Positions 55,396 to 61,391 of a stretch of 61,391 nt of DNA are shown piece by piece (the first letter of the stretch is position 1; each line of letters begins with the position of its first letter). The stretch comes from Bacteroidales bacterium (GTDB lineage Bacteria > Bacteroidota > Bacteroidia > Bacteroidales > F082). The translations under genes were made by a program, and so were the position numbers. The notes below the pieces were generated by a model. That model ran no database searches. It was not told where the DNA came from and saw only the letters and a list, made by a program, of their open reading frames with translations. The stretch spans positions 1 through 61,391 of the forward strand of contig JAFYNO010000081.1 in the NCBI GenBank assembly GCA_017549705.1, read 5' to 3'.

Positions 55396-56713
55396 AATCA
55401 TTTCCTGCAAGCTCTTCCATTGATGCCTTCGTTACCATGAAATTGTACACGGCTTGGCTCATGGTGAGTTGTGCTTGCACCAGTGCCAGCTGAGCGTCGT
55501 TGAGCTCGAGCAGTGTGGCTTTGCCGAGTTCGTACATCTTCTCTGCTATGTCGTAGCTGCGCTGTGCCACCTCGAGTGTTGACTCAGCGGCTGCATAGTT
55601 CTTCATATATGTCGAAATCTGATTGTCATAGTTTTTGAAAGCGATGCGAAGGTTGCGCTCGGTGTCTTCGATGTTGAGCTGCAGTATGTCCTGTGTCGCT
55701 TTGTATTGTTTGATGTTATTGTGTTTTGAGAATCCGTCAAAGATCGGGATGGTGAGGCTTAAGCCAGCCACTGAATACGGGTTCCATTTAAATTTGAAGT
55801 CATCGCCCATAGCAATGTAACTGTATGAGAACGATGCTGATAGGGTAGGGATGTACTGGTATTTCGTCATCTTGATAGTGCGCTCAAGTTGCTGATTTTG
55901 GAGCTGTAGCTGAGCCAATGTGGTGTTGTTTTCAAGGCTCATATTGTTGCTCATGTTATACGACATCAATTCGTCTTTGTATTGGTCGAGTGTGCCTGCG
56001 ACGCCGATCTTTGCATCGAGGTCGACGCCCATCACGGCTTTGAGTTGCCATATAGCGAGGTCGATAGCCATCATAGAGCTGTAGAGGTTAGGCTCGGCGT
56101 TCTTCACGTTGACCTGAGCTCTCAGATATTCATACTCTGACGATTTGCCGGCGTTGTAAAGTTGTTCGGTGTGCTCGTAGTTTGTGGTCGCATTGTCGTA
56201 TACGTCTTTGTACACATCATAAACCTGTTGTGCAAGAAGCACTGCGTAATAAGCTTGTTTCACTTGCTTGATCATCGAGATTTTTGACGAGCGTGCTTGT
56301 TCAACGGCTATCTCCACATCCAGTGCTGAAAGCTTCAGCGACTGCCATAGCTGTGCGTTGATGAGTGGCATGGAGGCGCTGATGCCAGCGTTGACGTTGT
56401 TCCATTTTCCAACTTCGATTTCCATTGCCTGGCCGCCGAAATCCATGGCCATCACTTGTTTCTTAATGGTGCGCTGGTAACTGCCGTTGGCGCTGATGTT
56501 TGGATAAAGCGCGGCGTAGGTGCCTTTCTTCGCATATCCCGATTTCTCAATGGTAAGGTCAGCGATTTTTATGCTGTTGCTTTCCTCGAGGGCGATTTCA
56601 ATGGCCTGGTCTAAGCTGATGATGAGCGAGTCCTGCACCTGTTGCGCAATAATCTCACCAGTCATCATCGAGAGGCATAAAACCGTCGTTAATAAACTTT
56701 TTAATCTTGACAT
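55391..56713 (-). CDS. TolC-family outer-membrane efflux protein
   Basis: Signal peptide from ATG 56713 (MSRLKSLLTTVLCLSMM) and two OEP repeats. Confidence 0.9.
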   Translation of the reverse strand: MSRLKSLLTTVLCLSMMTGEIIAQQVQDSLIISLDQAIEIALEESNSIKIADLTIEKSGYAKKGTYAALYPNISANGSYQRTIKKQVMAMDFGGQAMEIEVGKWNNVNAGISASMPLINAQLWQSLKLSALDVEIAVEQARSSKISMIKQVKQAYYAVLLAQQVYDVYKDVYDNATTNYEHTEQLYNAGKSSEYEYLRAQVNVKNAEPNLYSSMMAIDLAIWQLKAVMGVDLDAKIGVAGTLDQYKDELMSYNMSNNMSLENNTTLAQLQLQNQQLERTIKMTKYQYIPTLSASFSYSYIAMGDDFKFKWNPYSVAGLSLTIPIFDGFSKHNNIKQYKATQDILQLNIEDTERNLRIAFKNYDNQISTYMKNYAAAESTLEVAQRSYDIAEKMYELGKATLLELNDAQLALVQAQLTMSQAVYNFMVTKASMEELAGNDF

Positions 56714-56740
56714 TTTATATTTAATTTTTGTATTTTTACA

Positions 56741-56755
56741 CCTATTAATAATAGG
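56741..56755. promoter_or_regulatory. 7-1-7 perfect palindrome CCTATTA-A-TAATAGG at the predicted efflux-operon transcription start
   Basis: Read directly. It lies between the -7 box (56759-66) and ATG 56713. Confidence 0.45.
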
Positions 56756-56758
56756 TCG

Positions 56759-56766
56759 CAAAGATA
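56759..56766 (-). promoter_or_regulatory. -7 box (TAtcTTTG) for the TolC-MFP-RND operon
   Basis: Plus strand CAAAGATA, 46 nt upstream of ATG 56713. Confidence 0.45.
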
Positions 56767-56841
56767 AGTCATTTCCATGCAAAAATTGAAAATACAGCCA
56801 ACATTTGAGTGGCTTTTTTGGTCGGTTCAGGATATAAAACT

Positions 56842-56881
56842 GTCATTTCGAGGAAATTATTAAGAAGATGGTGGAAAATAT
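56842..56881. repeat. partial REP-like element (copy C)
   Basis: GTCATTTCGA (56842-51) plus AGATGGTGGAAAATAT (56866-81). The 16-mer is identical to 59414-59429. Confidence 0.55.
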
Positions 56882-56914
56882 AAAAAAAATAGAGACGTTT
56901 CAGGAAACGTCTCT
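56882..56914 (-). terminator. intrinsic terminator after the rubrerythrin gene
   Basis: Minus strand AGAGACGTTTC-CT-GAAACGTCTCT followed by ATTTTTTTT. Confidence 0.8.
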
Positions 56915-56938
56915 ACTTCAAAACTCAATACTTCAAAC

Positions 56939-57484
56939 TTACTTGAAGTAGCGGTTGTAAAGTCCTTCAAATCCTTTACCGTGACGGGCTTCGTCTTTTG
57001 CCATTTCGTGGACTGTGTCGTGGATAGCGTCGAGGTTGCGTTCTTTTGCCACGCGGGCGATACGCATCTTGTCTTCGCAGGCGCCGCATTCAGCCACCAT
57101 ACGTTTCTCGAGGTTGGTCTTGGTGTCCCAAACCACATCGCCGAGCAGTTCTGCAAACTTAGCACAGTGGTCTGCCTCTTCAAAGGCATAACGTCTGAAA
57201 GCCTCAGCAATCTCTGGGTATCCCTCACGGTCGGCCTGACGGCTCATCGCCAGATACATACCGACCTCAGTGGCCTCTCCCATGAAGTGTGCGTTCAAAT
57301 CTTTGATCATGTCATCGCCGGTGCCTTTAGCAATACCGACGACATGCTCAGTCACGAAGTTGAGTTTTGCACCCTCGTCCAGGACTTTCCATTCAACAAC
57401 TTGTTTGCATTGTGGGCATCTTTCAGGAGCTTCTTCTCCTTCATAAACGAAGCCGCAAATTGGACATACGAATTTCTTTTTCAT
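56939..57484 (-). CDS. reverse rubrerythrin (N-terminal rubredoxin-like, C-terminal ferritin-like diiron domain)
   Basis: CPICGF...CPQC at the N-terminus. Diiron ligand pattern EATEVGMY...EEADH...DEARH in the C-terminal part. Confidence 0.85.
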   Translation of the reverse strand: MKKKFVCPICGFVYEGEEAPERCPQCKQVVEWKVLDEGAKLNFVTEHVVGIAKGTGDDMIKDLNAHFMGEATEVGMYLAMSRQADREGYPEIAEAFRRYAFEEADHCAKFAELLGDVVWDTKTNLEKRMVAECGACEDKMRIARVAKERNLDAIHDTVHEMAKDEARHGKGFEGLYNRYFK

Positions 57485-57520
57485 GATATTTTATTTTTAG
57501 TTTAGAACTTTATTTTTTTA

Positions 57521-57588
57521 GCTATTAGCCATTAGCTGTTAGCCATTAGTTATGATTATCTGATGGCTAATGGCTATTACCTAATGGC
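57521..57588. repeat. inverted array of heptamers (GCCATTA x4 / TAATGGC x4) forming a long imperfect hairpin
   Basis: Left arm is GCTATTA GCCATTA GCTGTTA GCCATTA (57521-48). Right arm is TGATGGC TAATGGC TATTACC TAATGGC (57561-88). Confidence 0.7.
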
Positions 57589-59010
57589 TTATTTCATTGC
57601 GTGTTTATAACCTTGAACTTTATTCCAGTCGCCTCTTGTGAAATCAGGCACTTGCACCGGCATGCCGTGGTTGTCGATGGAGGCTCTTGTCAGATCCCCG
57701 ATGCATGACCATTCGGCTGCGTCGTAGACGTCTTCATCCAATGGCAGACCGTTCTGCAGACAGTAAATCAGACGATAATCCATGATGAAGTCCATGCCGC
57801 CGTGACCGCCGACTTGCTTAGCGAGTTCCTCAACATTTTTTGCGACAGGGTGGAGGTATTCCTTCAAAATCTTGTCGCGGACATCCTTTGGCACGAAGCC
57901 GTGCACGTTGAGGTGCTGACCTTCTTCGAGGAATCCTTCAGGAAGATTCTTCTCCATGAGAGTGAATCCTTCGATAGGATATTTGTTTGCAAAGCCTTCT
58001 GTACCAGTGAGTTGGTAAAGTCTGTTGTAAGGTCTGTAAGTATAGACGTTGTGCTCAATCAAGATGGTCTTACCTTTGTGCGTCTGAATCATGGTGGTAG
58101 TCATATCGCCGTTGGCGAAGTCGTCGGTGCCCATCATCTCTTTGGCGATTTTCTTGCCGTTATATGATGGTGTGCTCATCGAGACGAGGTAGTCCATCTT
58201 ATCGCCGCGGTGGATGTCAAGCACCTGGCAGACAGGGCCGAGTCCGTGGGTGGCATATACGTCGCCGCCGTGTTTCTGGTTATAGTCGAGGCGCCAATTG
58301 CCTTGATATTCATGCCAATAAGGCTCAAGGTTATGTATGTAGGCACCTTCAGCGTGAATCACCTCGCCGAACATGCCGAGCTTTGCCATGTTGAGTGCTG
58401 TCATCTCGAAGAAGTCGTAGGTGCAGTTCTCGAGCATCATGCAGTGCTTGCGGGTCTGCTCGGAGACGTCGACGAGCTTCCAGCAGTCCTCAACGGTTGT
58501 GGCTGCCGGCACCTCAACAGCAACGTGTTTGCCGTGCTGCATTGCATAAACTGCCATCGGGACGTGTGTCTGCCAGTTGGTGGCGATATACACTAAGTCG
58601 ATGTCGTCGCGCTCGCAGAGCTGTTCGTAGGCTGTTTCGCCAACATATTCAGCAGCTCTTGGCAGACCTTTAGCCTCTAAAATGTCGCGCTGAACCTTTT
58701 CAACATTCTCAGGAAGAAGGTCGCACAATGCCACAATCTCAACGCCGTCGATGAAAGTCATACGGTAAACGGCGTCCGGACCGCGCATGCCTAATCCGAT
58801 AAAACCGACGCGAACCACTGGCATAGGCTCAGCAGCAAACTCAAGCATACTTGCCTGACCATCAACACGTTGAGGCTCGTCGAAGACGATGACATTATCC
58901 TTAATCTGATAATTCTTGCCGTTTTTATTGTCGCATTTGCAACCAGTAATCACGATGCAGAGAAGCATCAGCATCGCGGAAATTGTAATAGTTAATGTAT
59001 TCTTTTTCAT
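57589..59010 (-). CDS. Gfo/Idh/MocA-fold NAD-dependent glycosidase, GH109-like (alpha-N-acetylgalactosaminidase family), lipoprotein
   Basis: Lipobox ITGC. Rossmann RVGFIGLGMRG, then ...VAVEVPAA..., MMLENCTYD and a GEVIHAEGAYIH pattern typical of GH109 as I recall it. Confidence 0.65.
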   Translation of the reverse strand: MKKNTLTITISAMLMLLCIVITGCKCDNKNGKNYQIKDNVIVFDEPQRVDGQASMLEFAAEPMPVVRVGFIGLGMRGPDAVYRMTFIDGVEIVALCDLLPENVEKVQRDILEAKGLPRAAEYVGETAYEQLCERDDIDLVYIATNWQTHVPMAVYAMQHGKHVAVEVPAATTVEDCWKLVDVSEQTRKHCMMLENCTYDFFEMTALNMAKLGMFGEVIHAEGAYIHNLEPYWHEYQGNWRLDYNQKHGGDVYATHGLGPVCQVLDIHRGDKMDYLVSMSTPSYNGKKIAKEMMGTDDFANGDMTTTMIQTHKGKTILIEHNVYTYRPYNRLYQLTGTEGFANKYPIEGFTLMEKNLPEGFLEEGQHLNVHGFVPKDVRDKILKEYLHPVAKNVEELAKQVGGHGGMDFIMDYRLIYCLQNGLPLDEDVYDAAEWSCIGDLTRASIDNHGMPVQVPDFTRGDWNKVQGYKHAMK

Positions 59011-59090
59011 AAAGTTGAATTTGAATTGTAAAAGTACAAATTTTTTTCATACGAATGATATTTATTTTTAATTTTACAAAAATTTTAGTC

Positions 59091-60167
59091 ATGAATGATT
59101 TGAAGGATATTGTCTCGAAATTTGAGATTGCCGGCAAAGTGACCGATGTGAAGCCGATGGGCGAGGGACTCATCAACGATACTTACAAGGTTTTTGTTGA
59201 GCATTGCGACAAGCCAAGATATGTGCTTCAGCGTATCAACAACGCCATATTTCAGGATGTCGATATGCTGATGGATAATATTAATAAGGTGACGACACAT
59301 CTTCGAAAGAAAGGGAAAGAGACACTGAGGTTTTATAATACAAAGAGAGGAAATTTGTATTATATGGAGGAGATTTCTCCACTCCCTACGGTCGGTCGAA
59401 ATGACGTTGGGGGAGATGGTGGAAAATATTGGCGGTTAATGGATTTTGTGCCGGATTCGATTACATATCAAGCAGTTACGCCAGAGTATTCATATATCGC
59501 GGGAAAGTCTTTCGGTGAATTTGAATCGCTTCTGGCAGATTTATATCAGCCCCTTGGCGAGATAATCCCTGATTTCCATAACATCGAATTTCGTTTGAAA
59601 CAGCTTCGCGATGCCGTGTCGGAAGATAGGGTAGGACGTGTTGCGGAAGTCCAGTATTATCTGGATGAGATCTTCAAACGCGAGGAAAAAATGACCCTCG
59701 GCGAGCGGCTTTTCCGTGAAGGAAAACTTCCGAAACGTGTCTGCCATTGCGATACAAAAGTCAACAACATGCTTTTCGACAAGGAAGGCAACGTGTTGTG
59801 CATCATCGACTTGGATACGGTGATGCCGAGTTTTGTTTTCTCCGACTATGGCGATTTCTTACGCACTGCAGCCAACACTGGTGCTGAAGACGATCCAAAT
59901 CTCGACAACATCGACTTCAATATGGAGATTTACAATGCTTTCACAAAAGGTTATCTTGAAGGCACGAAAGGTTTCCTTCTTCCAATCGAAAAAGAAAACC
60001 TTCCGTACGCGGCGTTGCTGTTTCCATACATGCAAACCGTCCGGTTCCTAGCAGATTACATCAACGGTGACACCTATTATAAAATCAAATATCCTGAGCA
60101 CAACCTCGTCCGCACCAAAGCGCAATGGCGATTGTTTGAACGTGCAGAAGCGAAACTTACTCCGTAG
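59091..60167 (+). CDS. APH-fold phosphotransferase, N-acetylhexosamine 1-kinase (NahK)-like
   Basis: GLINDTYKV nucleotide loop, Brenner motif HCDTKVNNMLFD and IIDLDT. Internal ATG 59091 chosen. Confidence 0.6.
   Translation: MNDLKDIVSKFEIAGKVTDVKPMGEGLINDTYKVFVEHCDKPRYVLQRINNAIFQDVDMLMDNINKVTTHLRKKGKETLRFYNTKRGNLYYMEEISPLPTVGRNDVGGDGGKYWRLMDFVPDSITYQAVTPEYSYIAGKSFGEFESLLADLYQPLGEIIPDFHNIEFRLKQLRDAVSEDRVGRVAEVQYYLDEIFKREEKMTLGERLFREGKLPKRVCHCDTKVNNMLFDKEGNVLCIIDLDTVMPSFVFSDYGDFLRTAANTGAEDDPNLDNIDFNMEIYNAFTKGYLEGTKGFLLPIEKENLPYAALLFPYMQTVRFLADYINGDTYYKIKYPEHNLVRTKAQWRLFERAEAKLTP
59368..59430. repeat. REP-like element (copy B) embedded in frame in the kinase gene
   Basis: The reverse complement of 59372-59405 is GTCATTTCGACCGA-CCGTAGG-GAGTGGAGAAATC. 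It matches copy A in its first 14 and last 13 nt and is followed by the 16-mer shared with copy C. Confidence 0.6.
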
Positions 60168-61391
60168 GAATATCCTTATTCACATTTTTATGTCCTAACA
60201 GCGCATAGTACAAGATGTATGCGGCGCAGAACAACACTACGACGTAGCTTGTCATGTAGCTGCCGGTCCAGTCGGCGACCAGGCCTTGCAATCCCACCAT
60301 GATGGCGAAGCCGAACACCATCGTCATGAAGATGCCCGATGCCATTGCAGTGTATTTGCCAAGACCTTCAGTAGCGAGATTGAAGATGCTGCCCCACATC
60401 ACCGAGGTGCATAGACCGACAAGGATGAATGCGAAGATGCCGACAGGAACCTCAGCCCAGATCACTGAGACGTTGGCCCAGTCGATGCCTGGAACTTTAA
60501 CCATGAAGCTTGTTGGAGCGAACATTCCGAACAAAACGAGTGCTATCGAAGCGATGGAAACCGTTGTCACCATTGCCTTTGACGACACTTTGCCACCGAT
60601 GGCGCCACCAACGAAACGTCCGATGAGCATCATCAGCCAATAGACAGCAACGATGAGACCAACGATGGTTCCGTTCATGCCGAAGCCAGGTGTTGCAGCG
60701 TCAGGTTGAGCAGTGAGATACTGCATGATGTAAGTCGGCGTTCCCACCTCGATGCCGCCATACAGGAAGATGGCGAGGATGCCAAGTTTGAAGTGACGGA
60801 ACGAGAAGGCGCTGTATTTATCCTTGACTTCCGATTTGACCTCGACAGGCTGTGCCGGCTCCTCGATCTTCGTGAAGAGTATGACGATGAATCCGATGAC
60901 GAAGATAGCCAATGCTATCATCAAAGCAGGGGTGGCGTCAGAGATCTTAGCTTTTGTTGCCTCTCCGATGAGCGCGCCCATGATGATGTAAACAGCCACT
61001 GCAGCCGCTGAGTTGAACACGCCGCCGATCTGGATGAGCTGGTTGCCTTTGTTGCCGCCGCCACCAAGAAGGTTAAGCATAGGGTTAACAACGGTGTTGA
61101 GCATGCACATGCAGAATCCTGCGATGAAAGCACCGATGAGATACACGCCGAAGCCTGCCCAACCTGATGCCCATTGCACCAAAATACCAATAATACCTAC
61201 TGCTAACGCTATCAGCGAGGTCTTTTTATAACCATATCTCTTGATGAGCATGCCCGAAGGAATACCCATGATGAGATAAGCGATGAAGTTGCCGTAGTTG
61301 CCAATCTGCGATAGGAAATTGCTTGCACCAAACTGGTTTTTAACGATAACTGCCATCGGCGAACAGAGGTTCGTCACGAAGGCTATCATCG
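60157..61391 (-). CDS. MFS sugar transporter (FucP/GluP glucose-galactose type), N-terminus beyond the window end
   Basis: 12-TM-type hydrophobic pattern. VTNLCSPMAVIVKNQFG...FIAYLIMGIPSG aligns with the GluP/FucP N-terminal region after about 30 missing residues. Confidence 0.8.
   Translation of the reverse strand, partial: MIAFVTNLCSPMAVIVKNQFGASNFLSQIGNYGNFIAYLIMGIPSGMLIKRYGYKKTSLIALAVGIIGILVQWASGWAGFGVYLIGAFIAGFCMCMLNTVVNPMLNLLGGGGNKGNQLIQIGGVFNSAAAVAVYIIMGALIGEATKAKISDATPALMIALAIFVIGFIVILFTKIEEPAQPVEVKSEVKDKYSAFSFRHFKLGILAIFLYGGIEVGTPTYIMQYLTAQPDAATPGFGMNGTIVGLIVAVYWLMMLIGRFVGGAIGGKVSSKAMVTTVSIASIALVLFGMFAPTSFMVKVPGIDWANVSVIWAEVPVGIFAFILVGLCTSVMWGSIFNLATEGLGKYTAMASGIFMTMVFGFAIMVGLQGLVADWTGSYMTSYVVVLFCAAYILYYALLGHKNVNKDIPTE

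Noticed and set aside
56796-56819. Plus-strand terminator-like hairpin AGCCA-N9-TGGCT followed by T5, with no plus-strand gene upstream (possible small RNA end)
   Set aside because: The stem is only 5 bp and the loop is 9 nt, with no promoter box upstream. That is too weak to support a feature.
58164-58673. Arg/Ser-rich alternative-frame ORFs inside the GH109-like gene (similar ones at 44338-44593 inside recQ)
   Set aside because: They are highly biased Arg-rich translations of the opposite or shifted frame in locally GC-rich coding sequence. The host ORFs are well supported.
1-61391. Search for CRISPR arrays, IS elements or transposases, integrases, prophage genes, tRNA genes and toxin-antitoxin pairs
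   Set aside because: The ORF track shows no transposase-, integrase- or phage-like protein. No regularly spaced direct repeats of 25-40 nt are visible. No intergenic region is long enough to hold a tRNA with recognisable T-arm or acceptor features. The XRE gene has no adjacent toxin-like partner.

Overview
The window looks like a Bacteroidales-type chromosomal segment. Supporting signs are TAnnTTTG -7 boxes in front of most genes, many lipoprotein signal peptides and a triple FKBP cluster. It is almost fully coding, with about 50 genes, mostly housekeeping. It starts with the extreme 5' end of a 16S rRNA gene on the minus strand, plus its leader and candidate promoter. Recognisable genes include nrnA-like DHH, three FKBP isomerases, a wzy/wzz/wzx-like trio, a RelA-type RSH, nth, recA, uvrA, an ECF sigma, SulP, Hsp20, rimM, arcC, dnaB, a MATE pump, an NtrC-type sigma-54 activator, trmH, fmt, HU, recQ, typA, a hybrid histidine kinase and galM. 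They are followed by a TolC/MFP/RND efflux operon, a reverse rubrerythrin, and a GH109-like / hexosamine-kinase-like / MFS sugar locus. I found no transposase, integrase, CRISPR array or tRNA, and no recognisable defence island. The most interesting signals are non-canonical. (1) A short palindromic REP-like repeat family sits in frame inside two coding regions; at one site it links a GreA-like factor to a degenerate Nudix domain, downstream of an ECF sigma and a translationally coupled 45-aa ORF. (2) Four TGTGGA(A) hexamers, phased at 10 bp, lie upstream of the lipoprotein gene that precedes the sigma-54 activator gene. (3) Sigma-54-like -24/-12 near-matches occur upstream of hsp20 and of that lipoprotein gene. 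(4) The recA and sigma-factor leaders contain hairpins. (5) Several spacers carry heptamer-periodic repeats. All coordinates and motifs were read by eye and no database search was possible.
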